Positions 1 to 14,400 of a stretch of DNA of 64,000 nt are shown here, piece after piece (within the stretch, counting starts at the first letter, position 1; each line of letters starts with the position of its first letter). Made by a program: the position numbers and the translations under genes. The notes under the pieces were generated by a model, which saw only the letters and a program-made list of their open reading frames with translations, was not told the origin of the DNA and did not search any database. The stretch covers positions 19,716,001-19,780,000 of the forward strand of contig OZ360223.1 of the NCBI GenBank assembly GCA_977017645.1, given 5' to 3'. Source of the DNA: Torpedo marmorata. Lineage: Eukaryota.

Positions 1-3000
1 GTGTAGATACAGTACTACCCCCTCAGTGAAGATACAGTACTCCCCCCTCAGTGTAGAAACAGTTCACCCCCCTCAGTGTAGATACAGTACACACCCCCTC
101 AGTGTAGATACAGTACACCCCTCAGTATAGATACAGTACACCCCCTCAGTGTAGATGCAGTACACACCCCTCAGTGTACATACAGTACATCCCCTCAGTG
201 TAGATACACTACACCCCTGTTAGTGAAGACACAGTAAACCCCTTCAGTGTAAATACAGTACACCTCCCTTCAGTATAGATACAGTACACATTCCTCAGGG
301 TAAATACTGTACCCCCACAGAATAGAAAGAGTACACCCACATCAGTGTAGATACAGAACATCCCTCAGTGTAGATACACCCACTTCAGGTTAGATGCTAT
401 ACACCACCCCTACGTGTAAATACAGTACACACTACCTCAGTGTAGATGCAGTGTACACCACCTCAGTGCAGATGGAGTACATCACCCCTCAGTGTAGATA
501 CATCACACCTCCGTGTAAATACAGTACTCACGACCTCAGTATAGATGCAGTGCACACCACCTCAGTGCAGATAAAGTACTCCCCCCTCAGTATAGATACA
601 GTACTCACCCCTCGGTATAGATACTGTACACACCCTCAGTGTAGATACAGTACACCTCTTTCAGTGTAGATAGAGTATTCCCCCTCAGTGTAGATACAGT
701 ACACCCCTCAGTGTAGATACAGTAAACCCCCCTCAGTGTAGATTAAGTACACAAAGTCAGTGTAGATGCAGTACACACCCCTCAGTGTACATACAGTACA
801 TCCCCTCAGTGTAGATACACTACACCCCTGTCAGTGTAGACACAGTAAACCCCTTCAGTGTAAATACAGTACACCTCCCTTCAGTATGGATACAGTACAC
901 ATTCCTCAGGGTAAATACTGTACCCCCACAGAATAGAAAGAGTACACCCACATCAGTGTAGATACAGAACATCCCTCAGTGTAGATACACCCACTTCAGG
1001 TTAGATGCTATACACCACCCCTACGTGTAAATACAGTACACACTACCTCAGTGTAGATGCAGAGCACACCACCTCAGTGCAGATGGAGTACATCACCCCT
1101 CAGTGTAGATACATCACACCTCCGTGTAAATACAGTACTCACGACCTCAGTATAGATGCAGTGCACACCACCTCAGTGCAGATAAAGTACTCCCCCCTCA
1201 GTATAGATACAGTACTCACCCCTCGGTATAGATACTGTACACACCCTCAGTGTAGATACAGTACACCTCTTTCAGTGTAGATAGAGTATTCCCCCTCAGT
1301 GTAGATACAGTACTCCCCCCTCAGTGTAGATACAGTACACCCCCCTCAAGTGTAGATACAGTGCACACCCCCTCAGTGTAGATACAGTACACCCCACCCT
1401 CAGTGCAGATACAGTACACCCCCTCATTGTAGATACAGTGCACCCCCTCAGTGTAGATACAATACACACCCCCTCAGTGTAGATACAGCACACACAGTCA
1501 GTGTAGATGCAGTACACACATCCTCAGTGTATATACAGTACATCCCCTCAGTGTAGATACACTACACCCCTGTCAGTGTAGACACAGTAAACCCCTTCAG
1601 TGTAAATACAGTACAGCTTCCTTCAGTATAGATACAGTACACATTCCTCAGTGTAAATACTGTACCCCCACAGAATAGAAAGAGTACACCCACATCAGTG
1701 TAGATACAGAACATCCCTCAGTGTAGATACACCCACTTCAGGTTAGATGCAATACACCACCCCTCCGTGTAAATACAGTACACACTAACTCAGTGTAGAT
1801 GCAGTGCACACCACCTCAGTGCAGATAGAGTACATCACCCCTCAGTATAGATACAGTACTCACCCCTCAGTATAGATACTGTACACACCCTCAGTGTAGA
1901 TACAGTACACCCCTTTCAGTGTAAATAGAGTATTCCCCCCTCAGTGTAGATATAGTACACCTCCCTCAGTGTAGATACAGTACTCCCCACTCTGTGTAGA
2001 TACAGTAAACCTCCCTCAGTGTAGATACAGTACTCCCCACTCTGTGTAGATACAGTAAACCCCCCACAGTGTAGATACAGTACTATCCACTCTGAAGATA
2101 CAGTACTCCCCCTCAGCGTAGATACACGACACCCACCTCAGTGTAGATAGAGTACTCCCCCCTCAGTGTAGATACAGTACACCCCCTCAAGTGTAGATAC
2201 AGTGCACACCCCCTCAGTGTAGATACAGTACACCCCACCCTCAGTGCAGATACAGTACACCCCCTCATTGTAGATACAGTGCACCCCCCTCAGTGTATAC
2301 AGTACACATCTCCTCAGTTTAGATACAGTACACACCTCAGTGTAGATACAGTACACACCCTTCAGCGTAGATACAGTACACACCCCTCAGTGTAGATACA
2401 GCACACACAGTCAGTGTAGATGCAGTACACACACCCTCAGTGTACATACAGTACATCCCCTCAGTATAGATACAAGACACCCCTGTCAGTGAAGACACAG
2501 TAAACCCCTTCAGTGTAAATACAGTACACCTCCCTTCAGTATAGATACAGTACATATTCCTCAGTGTAAATACTGTACCCCCACAGAATAGAAAGAGTAC
2601 ACCCACATCAGTGTAGATACAGAACATCCCTCAGTGTAGATACACCCACTTCAGGTTAGATGCAATACACCACCCCTCCGTGTAAATATAGTACACGCTA
2701 CCTCAGTGTAGATGCAGTGCACACCACCTCAGTGCAGATGGAGTACATCACCCCTCAATGTTGATACATCACACCTCCGTGTAAATACAGTACACATGAC
2801 CTCAGTATAGATGCAGTGCACACCACCTCACTGCAGATAAAGTACTCCCCCCTCAGTATAGATACAGCACTCACCCCTAAGTATAGATACTGTACACACC
2901 CTCAGTGTAGATACAGTACACCCCTTTCAGTGTAGATAGAGCATTCCCTCTCAGTGTAGATACAGTACTCCCCCTCTGTGCAGATACAGTAAACCCCCCT

Positions 3001-5445
3001 CAGTGTAGATACTGTATACCCCCTAAGTGTAGATACAGTACACACCCTCAGTGTAGATACAGTACACCCCTTTCAGTGTAGATAGAGCATTCCCTCTCAG
3101 TGTAGATACAGTGCTCCCCCTCTGTGCAGATACAGTACACCCCACTCAGTGTAGATTCAGTATACCCCCCTCAGTGTAGATACAGTACACCCCACTCAGT
3201 GTAGATACAGTATACCCCCTCAGTGTAGATACAGCACTACCCACTCAGTGAAGATACAGTACTCTCCCCCTCAGTGTAGAAACAGTACACCCCTCAGTGT
3301 AGATAAAGCAGACACCCCCAATCAGTGTAGCTACAGTACACCTGCCTCAGAGTAGATACAGTACACCCCCCTCCGTGTAGATATAATACACCCCCCTCAG
3401 TGTAGATACTGTACACCCCCTCAGTGTAGATACCGTACACCCAACTCAGTGTAGATACACTACACCCCCCTTAGTGTAGATAGAGTACTCCCCCCTCAGT
3501 GTAGATACAGTACACCCCAACCTCAGTGCAGATACAGTACACCCCCTCAGTGTAGATACAGTACACACAGTCAGTGTAGATGCAGTACACAGCCCTCAGT
3601 GTACATACAGTACATCCCCTCTGTGTAGATACACTACACCCCTGTCAGTGAAGACACAGTAAACCCCTTCAGTGTAAATACAGTACAGCTCCCTTCAGTA
3701 TAGATACAGTACACATTCCTCAGTGTAAATACTGTACCCCCACAGAATAGAAAGAGTACACCCACATCAGTGTAGATACAGAACATCCCTCAGTGTAGAT
3801 ACTCCCACTTCAGATAAGATGCAATACACCACCCCTACGTGTAAATATAGTACACGCTACCTCAGTGTAGATGCAGTGCACACAACCTCAGTACAGATAC
3901 AGTACTCCCCCCTTAGTATAGATACAGTACTCACCCTCGGTATAGATACTGTACACACCCTCAATGTAGATAGAGTACACCCATTTCAGTGCAAATAGAT
4001 TATTCCCCCTCTGTGTAGATACAGTAAATCCCCCTCAGTGTACATACTGTACACCCCCTAAGTATAGATACAGTACATCCCACTCAGTGTAGATACAGTA
4101 CACCCCCTCAGTGTAGATACAGTACACCCCACTCAGTGTAGATACAGTACTACCCCCTCAGTGAAGATACAGTACTCCCCCCTCAGTGTAGAAACAGTTC
4201 ACCCCCCTCAGTGTAGATACAGTACACACCCCCTCAGTGTAGATACAGTACACCCCTCAGTATAGATACAGTACACCCCCTCAGTGTAGATGCAGTACAC
4301 ACCCCTCAGTGTACATACAGTACATCCCCTCAGTGTAGATACACTACACCCCTGTTAGTGAAGACACAGTAAACCCCTTCAGTGTAAATACAGTACACCT
4401 CCCTTCAGTATAGATACAGTACACATTCCTCAGGGTAAATACTGTACCCCCACAGAATAGAAAGAGTACACCCACATCAGTGTAGATACAGAACATCCCT
4501 CAGTGTAGATACACCCACTTCAGGTTAGATGCTATACACCACCCCTACGTGTAAATACAGTACACACTACCTCAGTGTAGATGCAGTGTACACCACCTCA
4601 GTGCAGATGGAGTACATCACCCCTCAGTGTAGATACATCACACCTCCGTGTAAATACAGTACTCACGACCTCAGTATAGATGCAGTGCACACCACCTCAG
4701 TGCAGATAAAGTACTCCCCCCTCAGTATAGATACAGTACTCACCCCTCGGTATAGATACTGTACACACCCTCAGTGTAGATACAGTACACCTCTTTCAGT
4801 GTAGATAGAGTATTCCCCCTCAGTGTAGATACAGTACACCCCTCAGTGTAGATACAGTAAACCCCCCTCAGTGTAGATTCAGTACACAAAGTCAGTGTAG
4901 GTGCAGTACACACCCCTCAGTGTACATACAGTACATCCCCTCAGTGTAGATACACTACACCCCTGTCAGTGTAGACACAGTAAACCCCTTCAGTGTAAAT
5001 ACAGTACACCTCCCTTCAGTATAGATACAGTACACATTCCTCAGGGTAAATACTGTACCCCCACAGAATAGAAAGAGTACACCCACATCAGTGTAGATAC
5101 AGAACATCCCTCAGTGTAGATACACCCACTTCAGGTTAGATGCTATACACCAGCCCTACGTGTAAATACAGTACACACTACCTCAGTGTAGATGCAGTGC
5201 ACACCACCTCAGTGCAGATGGAGTACATCACCCCTCAGTGTAGATACATCACACCTCCGTGTAAATACAGTACTCACGACCTCAGTATAGATGCAGTGCA
5301 CACCACCTCAGTGCAGATAAAGTACTCCCCCCTCAGTATAGATACAGTACTCACCCCTCGGTATAGATACTGTACACACCCTCAGTGTAGATACAGTACA
5401 CCTCTTTCAGTGTAGATAGAGTATTCCCCCTCAGTGTAGATACAG
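1..5445 (+). repeat. Type-A higher-order repeat: 4,135-bp period built from ~0.6-1.2 kb subunits (611-bp doublet)
   Basis: Bases 1-~1310 match 4136-~5445 (ORFs 394/4529 and 1005/5140). ORFs 394/1005 and 4529/5140 are each 611 bp apart. The marker cccacagaatagaaagagtacacccacatc recurs near 315, 925, 1665, 2580, 3740, 4450 and 5060. Confidence 0.9.
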
Positions 5446-8400
5446 TACACCCCCTCAGTGTAGATACGGAACTCCCCCATCTGTGTAGATACAGTAAACC
5501 CCCCTCAGTGTAGATACTGTACACCCCCTAAGTGTAGATACAGTACATCCCACTCAGTGTAGATACAGTACCCCCCTTCAATGCAGATAAAGTTCAGTCC
5601 CCTCAGTGTAGATACAGTACACTCCCTCAGTGTAGATAAAGTTCAGTCCCCTCAGTGTAGATACAGTACACCCCCTCAGTGTAGATAAAGTTCAGTCCCC
5701 TCAGAGTAGATACAGACCACCTCCCTCAGTGTTAATACAATACACACCTCTCAGTGTACATACTGTACACCCACATCGGTGTAGAAACAGAACATCCCTC
5801 AGTGAAGATACACATACTTCATGTTAGATGCAATACACCACCTCTCCGTGTAAATACAGTACACACGACCTCAGTGTAGATGTAGTGCACAACACCTCAG
5901 TGCAGATAGAGTACATCACCCCTCAGCGTAGATACATCACACCCTCTCATTGTAGATACAGTACAACCCGTCAGTGAAGACAAAGTACACCCCATCAGTG
6001 GAGATAAAGTACACCCCCACTCAGTGTAAATACAATACACCCCACTGAGTGTATATACAGTACACCCCCCTCAGTGTAGATACAATACAACCTCCTCAGT
6101 GTAGATACAATACACTTGGCTCAGTGTAAATACAATTAACCTCCTCAGTGTAGATACAGTACACCCCCTCAGTGTAAATACAATACACCCCCCTCAGTGT
6201 AGATACAATGCACCACCCTCAGTGCAGATACAATAGACCACCTCAGTGTAGATACAATACACGACTGCCCCATCAGTGTAGATACAATACAACCCCTCGG
6301 TGTAGATACAATACATCCCCCTCAGTGTAGATACGGTACACACCCCTCAGTGTAGATACAATACACCTCGCTAAGTGTAGATACAATACACACCCCTCAG
6401 TGTAGATACAATACACCCCCTCAGTGTGCATACAATGAATTACCCCTCAATGTAGATACAGGACACCCCCTCAGTGTAGATACAATACACCTCCATCAGT
6501 GTAGATACAATACACCCCCATCAGTGTCGATAAAATACACCTACCTCAGTGTGAATACAATGCACTCCCCCTCTTTGAAGGTACAGTAAAACCCATCAGT
6601 GTAGACACAATACCCCCCCCTCAGAGTGGATAAAATGCACTCCCCCTCAGTGTAGATAGACGATACCCCCTTTGTGTAGATACAATACACCCCCCTCAGT
6701 GTAGATATAATACACCCACCTCAGAGTGGATACAATGCACACCCACTCAGTGGAGATACAGTACACCCCCTCAGTGTAGATACAATACACACCCATCAGT
6801 GTAGATACAGTACACCCTCTCAGTGTAGATACAGTAGAACACCCTCAGTGTACATACAGTACAAACCCTCAGTGTAGATACAGTCCACCCCCTTAGTGTA
6901 GATAAAGTACACCTCCCTCAGTGTGGATACAATGAACCCCCCACAGTGTAGATACAATGCATCCCCTCAGTGTGGATAAAATGCACTCCCCCTCAGTGTA
7001 GATACAGTACACCCCACTCTTTGTAGAGATAGTACACCCCGATCAGCGTCGAACTAATACACCCCCCTCAGTGTGGATACAATGCACTCCCCCTCAGTGT
7101 GGATACAATACATACCCTCAGTGCAGATACAATACAACCCCTTCAGTGTAGATAGAGTACACACCCCTCAGTGTAGATAAAATACACCCCCCTCAGTGTA
7201 GATAGAGTACACCCCCTCACTCTGGATACAATACACGCCCTCAGAGTAGATACACTAGTCACTCCTCAGTATAGATACAATACACACCCTCAGTGTAGAT
7301 ACAATAAACCTCGCTCAGTGCAGATACAATACACCCCCCTCAGCGTGGATACAATACTCTCCCCCTCTGTGTAGATTCGGTACACCCCCTCAGTGTAAAG
7401 ACAATACAACCCCGTCAGTGTGGATACAATGCACTCGCTGTCAGTGTTGATAGAACACATCCCCTCAGGGTAGATACAATATACCCCGCTCAGTGTAGAT
7501 ACAATAAACCCCCCTCAGTGTGGATACAATGCACTCCCCCTCAGTGTAGATACAGTAAATCCCCTCAGTGTAAATACAATACAACCCCTCAGTGTAGATA
7601 CAGTACACCCCCTCAGTGTAAATACAATACACCCTCCTCAGTGTAGATACAATACACCCACCTAAGTGTGGATACAATGCACACCCCCTCAGTGTAGATA
7701 AAGTACAACCCCTCAGTGCAGATACAATCCACTCCCCCTCAGTGTAGATACAATACACCCCCTCAGTGTAAATACAATATACCCTCCTCAGTGTAGGCAC
7801 AATACACCCACCTCAGTGTGGATACAATGCACACCCCCTCAGTGTAGATACAGTACACCCACCTCAGTGTAGATACAATACACACCCATCAGTGTAGATA
7901 CAGTACACCCCCTCAGTGTAGATACAGTAGAACACCCTCAGTGTAAATACAGTACAAACCCTCAGTGTAGATACAGTACACCCCCCTCAATGTGGATACA
8001 ATGCACACCCCCTCAGTGTAGATAAAGTACACCTTCCTCAGTGTGGATACAATGAACTCCCCCACAGTGTAGATACAGTATACCCCCTCAGTGTGGATAA
8101 AATGCACTCCCCCATCAGTGTAGATACAATGCACTCCCCCATCAGTGTAGATAAAGTACACCTCCCTCAGTGCGGATACAATGAACTCCCCCACAGTGTA
8201 GATACAATGCATCCCTCAGTGTGGATAAAATGCACTCCCCCTCAGTGTAGACACAGTACACCAACCTATTTGTAGATTAAGTACACCCCCCCAGTGTGGA
8301 TACAATGCACTCCCCCTCAGTGTGGATACAATACACACCCTCAGTGCAGATACTATACACCCACCTCAGTGTAGACATAGTACACACCCCTCAGTGTAGA

Positions 8401-11400
8401 TACAATACACCCCCCTCAGTGTAGATAGAGTACACACCCCTCAGTGTAGATAAAATACACCCCCTCAGTGTAGATATAGTACACCCCCTCACTCTGGATA
8501 AAATACACCCCCGCCGAGTAGATACAATAGACCCTCCTCAGTGAAGATACAATACACACCCTCAGTGTAGATACAATACACTTCGCTCAGTGTAAATACA
8601 ATAAACCTCCTCAGTGTAGATACAGTACACCCCCCAGTGTAAATACAATACACCCCCCTCAGTGTAGATACAATAGACCACCCTCAGTGTAGATACAATA
8701 CACGACTCCACCATCAGTGTAGAAACAATACAACCCCTCGGTGTAGATACAATAGATCCCCCTCAGTGTAGATACAGTACACCCCCCTCAGTGTAGATAC
8801 AATACACTTAGCTAAGTGTAGATACAATACACACCCCTCAGATTAGATACAATACACACCCCTCAGTTTAGATACAATACCCCCCTCAGTCTCGATACAA
8901 CACACCCCCTCAGTGTGCATACAATGAATTCCCCCTCAATGTAGATAAAGGACACCCCCTCAGTGTAGATAAAATACACCTCCATTAGTGTAGATACAAT
9001 ACACCCCCATCAGTGTCGATAAAATGCATTCCTCCTCAGTGTAGATAGACGATACCCCCTTTGTGTAGATACAATACATCCCCCTCAGTGTCGATACAAT
9101 ACACCCTCCTCAGTGTGGATACAATGCACACCCATCAGTGTAGATACAGTACACCCCCTCAGTGTAGATACAGTAAACCACCCTCAGTGTACATACAGTA
9201 CAAACCCTCAGTGTAGATACAGTGCACCCCCTCAGTGTAGATACAGTAGACCACCCTCAGTGTACATACAGTACAAACCCTCAGTGTAGATACAGCACAC
9301 CCCCTCAGTGTGGATACAATGCACACCCCCTCAGTGTAGATAAAGTACACCTCCCTCAGTGTGTATACAATGAACTCCGCCACAGTGTGGATACAGTACA
9401 CCCCCTCAGTGTGGATACAATGAACTCCCCCACAGCGTGGATACAGTACACCCCCTCAGTGTAGATAAAGTACACCTCCCTCAGTGTGGATACAATGAAC
9501 ACCCCCCGACAGTGTAGATACAATGCATCCCCTCAGTGTGGATAAAATGCACTCCCCCACAGTGTAGATACTGTACACCCCCTAGGTGTAGATACAGTAC
9601 ATCCCTTCAGTGAAGATACAGTACATCCCACTCACTGTAGATACAGTACCCCCCTTGAGTGTAGATAAAGTTCAGTCCCCTCAGTGTAGATACAGTAAAC
9701 CCCCTCAGTGTAGATAAAGTTCAGTCCCCTCAGTGTAGAAACAGTACACCCCCTCAGTGTAGATAAAGTTCAGTCCCCTCAGTGTAGAAACAGTACACCC
9801 CCTCAGTGCAGATAAAGTTCAGTCCCCTCAGAGTAGATACAGTCCACACCCCTCAGTGTTAATACAATAAACCCCTCTCAGTGTACATACTGTACACCCA
9901 CATCGGTGTAGAAACAGAACATCCCTCAGTGAAGATACACCTACTTCATGTTAGATGCAATACACCACCTCTCCGTGTAAATACAGTACACACTACCTAA
10001 GTGTAGATGTAGTGCACAACACCTCAGTGCAGATAGAGTACATCACCCCTCAGCGTAGATACATCACACCCTCTCATTGTAGATACAGTACAACCCGTCA
10101 GTGAAGACAAAGTACACCCCATCAGTGTAAATACAATACACCCCACTGAGAGTAAATACAATACACCCCCCTCAGTGTAGATACAATACAACCTCCTCAG
10201 TGTAGATACAATACACTTCGCTCAGTGTAAATACAATAAACCTCCTCAGTGTAGATACAGTACACCCCCTCAGTGTAAATACAATACACCCCCCTCAGTG
10301 TAGATACAATGCACCCCCCTCAGTGTAGATACAATACACCACCTCAGTGTAGATACAATACACGACTGCCCCATCAGTGTAGATACAATACAACACCTCG
10401 GTGTAGATACAATACATCCCCCTCAGTGTAGATACAGTACACCCCCCTCAGTGTAGATACAATACACCTCGCTAAGTGTAGATACAATACACACCCCTCA
10501 GTGTAGATACAATACCCCCCTCAGTCTCGATACAATACACCCCCTCAGTGTGCATACAATGAATTCCCCCTCAATGTAGATACAGGACACCCCCTCAGTG
10601 TAGATACAATACCCCCTCAGTCTCGATACAATACAACCCCTCAGTGTGCATACAATGAATTCCCCCTCAATGTAGATACAGGACACCCCCTCAGTGTAGA
10701 TACAATACACCCCCCATCAGTGTCGATAAAATACACCTACCTCAGTGTGAATACAATGCACTCCCCCTCAGTGAAGGTACAGTAAAACCCATCAGTGTAG
10801 ACACAATAACCCCCCCCTCAGAGTGGATAAAATGCACTCCCTCTCAGTGTAGATAGACGATACCCCCTTTGTGTAGATACAATACACCCCCCTCAGTGTA
10901 GATATAATACACCCACCTCAGTGTGGATACAATGCACACCCACTCAGTGTAGATAAAGTACTCCCCCCTCAGTATAGATACAGTACTCACCCCTCGGTAT
11001 AGATACTGTACACACCCTCAGTGTAGATACAGTACACCTCTTTCAGTGTAGATAGAGTATTCCCCCTCAGTGTAGATACAGTACTCCCCCCTCAGTGTAG
11101 ATACAGTACACCCCCCTCAAGTGTAGATACAGTGCACACCCCCTCAGTGTAGATACAGTACACCCCACCCTCAGTGCAGATACAGTACACCCCCTCATTG
11201 TAGATACAGTGCACCCCCTCAGTGTAGATACAATACACACCCCCTCAGTGTAGATACAGCACACACAGTCAGTGTAGATGCAGTACACACATCCTCAGTG
11301 TATATACAGTACATCCCCTCAGTGTAGATACACTACACCCCTGTCAGTGTAGACACAGTAAACCCCTTCAGTGTAAATACAGTACAGCTTCCTTCAGTAT

Positions 11401-14400
11401 AGATACAGTACACATTCCTCAGTGTAAATACTGTACCCCCACAGAATAGAAAGAGTACACCCACATCAGTGTAGATACAGAACATCCCTCAGTGTAGATA
11501 CACCCACTTCAGGTTAGATGCAATACACCACCCCTCCGTGTAAATACAGTACACACTAACTCAGTGTAGATGCAGTGCACACCACCTCAGTGCAGATAGA
11601 GTACATCACCCCTCAGTATAGATACAGTACTCACCCCTCAGTATAGATACTGTACACACCCTCAGTGTAGATACAGTACACCCCTTTCAGTGTAAATAGA
11701 GTATTCCCCCCTCAGTGTAGATATAGTACACCTCCCTCAGTGTAGATACAGTACTCCCCACTCTGTGTAGATACAGTAAACCTCCCTCAGTGTAGATACA
11801 GTACTCCCCACTCTGTGTAGATACAGTAAACCCCCCACAGTGTAGATACAGTACTATCCACTCTGAAGATACAGTACTCCCCCTCAGCGTAGATACACGA
11901 CACCCACCTCAGTGTAGATAGAGTACTCCCCCCTCAGTGTAGATACAGTACACCCCCTCAAGTGTAGATACAGTGCACACCCCCTCAGTGTAGATACAGT
12001 ACACCCCACCCTCAGTGCAGATACAGTACACCCCCTCATTGTAGATACAGTGCACCCCCCTCAGTGTATACAGTACACATCTCCTCAGTTTAGATACAGT
12101 ACACACCTCAGTGTAGATACAGTACACACCCTTCAGCGTAGATACAGTACACACCCCTCAGTGTAGATACAGCACACACAGTCAGTGTAGATGCAGTACA
12201 CACACCCTCAGTGTACATACAGTACATCCCCTCAGTATAGATACAAGACACCCCTGTCAGTGAAGACACAGTAAACCCCTTCAGTGTAAATACAGTACAC
12301 CTCCCTTCAGTATAGATACAGTACATATTCCTCAGTGTAAATACTGTACCCCCACAGAATAGAAAGAGTACACCCACATCAGTGTAGATACAGAACATCC
12401 CTCAGTGTAGATACACCCACTTCAGGTTAGATGCAATACACCACCCCTCCGTGTAAATATAGTACACGCTACCTCAGTGTAGATGCAGTGCACACCACCT
12501 CAGTGCAGATGGAGTACATCACCCCTCAATGTTGATACATCACACCTCCGTGTAAATACAGTACACATGACCTCAGTATAGATGCAGTGCACACCACCTC
12601 ACTGCAGATAAAGTACTCCCCCCTCAGTATAGATACAGCACTCACCCCTAAGTATAGATACTGTACACACCCTCAGTGTAGATACAGTACACCCCTTTCA
12701 GTGTAGATAGAGCATTCCCTCTCAGTGTAGATACAGTACTCCCCCTCTGTGCAGATACAGTAAACCCCCCTCAGTGTAGATACTGTATACCCCCTAAGTG
12801 TAGATACAGTACACACCCTCAGTGTAGATACAGTACACCCCTTTCAGTGTAGATAGAGCATTCCCTCTCAGTGTAGATACAGTGCTCCCCCTCTGTGCAG
12901 ATACAGTACACCCCACTCAGTGTAGATTCAGTATACCCCCCTCAGTGTAGATACAGTACACCCCACTCAGTGTAGATACAGTATACCCCCTCAGTGTAGA
13001 TACAGCACTACCCACTCAGTGAAGATACAGTACTCTCCCCCTCAGTGTAGAAACAGTACACCCCTCAGTGTAGATAAAGCAGACACCCCCAATCAGTGTA
13101 GCTACAGTACACCTGCCTCAGAGTAGATACAGTACACCCCCCTCCGTGTAGATATAATACACCCCCCTCAGTGTAGATACTGTACACCCCCTCAGTGTAG
13201 ATACCGTACACCCAACTCAGTGTAGATACACTACACCCCCCTTAGTGTAGATAGAGTACTCCCCCCTCAGTGTAGATACAGTACACCCCAACCTCAGTGC
13301 AGATACAGTACACCCCCTCAGTGTAGATACAGTACACACAGTCAGTGTAGATGCAGTACACAGCCCTCAGTGTACATACAGTACATCCCATCTGTGTAGA
13401 TACACTACACCCCTGTCAGTGAAGACACAGTAAACCCCTTCAGTGTAAATACAGTACAGCTCCCTTCAGTATAGATACAGTACACATTCCTCAGTGTAAA
13501 TACTGTACCCCCACAGAATAGAAAGAGTACACCCACATCAGTGTAGATACAGAACATCCCTCAGTGTAGATACTCCCACTTCAGATAAGATGCAATACAC
13601 CACCCCTACGTGTAAATATAGTACACGCTACCTCAGTGTAGATGCAGTGCACACAACCTCAGTACAGATACAGTACTCCCCCCTTAGTATAGATACAGTA
13701 CTCACCCTCGGTATAGATACTGTACACACCCTCAATGTAGATAGAGTACACCCATTTCAGTGCAAATAGATTATTCCCCCTCTGTGTAGATACAGTAAAT
13801 CCCCCTCAGTGTACATACTGTACACCCCCTAAGTATAGATACAGTACATCCCACTCAGTGTAGATACAGTACACCCCCTCAGTGTAGATACAGTACACCC
13901 CACTCAGTGTAGATACAGTACTACCCCCTCAGTGAAGATACAGTACTCCCCCCTCAGTGTAGAAACAGTTCACCCCCCTCAGTGTAGATACAGTACACAC
14001 CCCCTCAGTGTAGATACAGTACACCCCTCAGTATAGATACAGTACACCCCCTCAGTGTAGATGCAGTACACACCCCTCAGTGTACATACAGTACATCCCC
14101 TCAGTGTAGATACACTACACCCCTGTTAGTGAAGACACAGTAAACCCCTTCAGTGTAAATACAGTACACCTCCCTTCAGTATAGATACAGTACACATTCC
14201 TCAGGGTAAATACTGTACCCCCACAGAATAGAAAGAGTACACCCACATCAGTGTAGATACAGAACATCCCTCAGTGTAGATACACCCACTTCAGGTTAGA
14301 TGCTATACACCACCCCTACGTGTAAATACAGTACACACTACCTCAGTGTAGATGCAGTGTACACCACCTCAGTGCAGATGGAGTACATCACCCCTCAGTG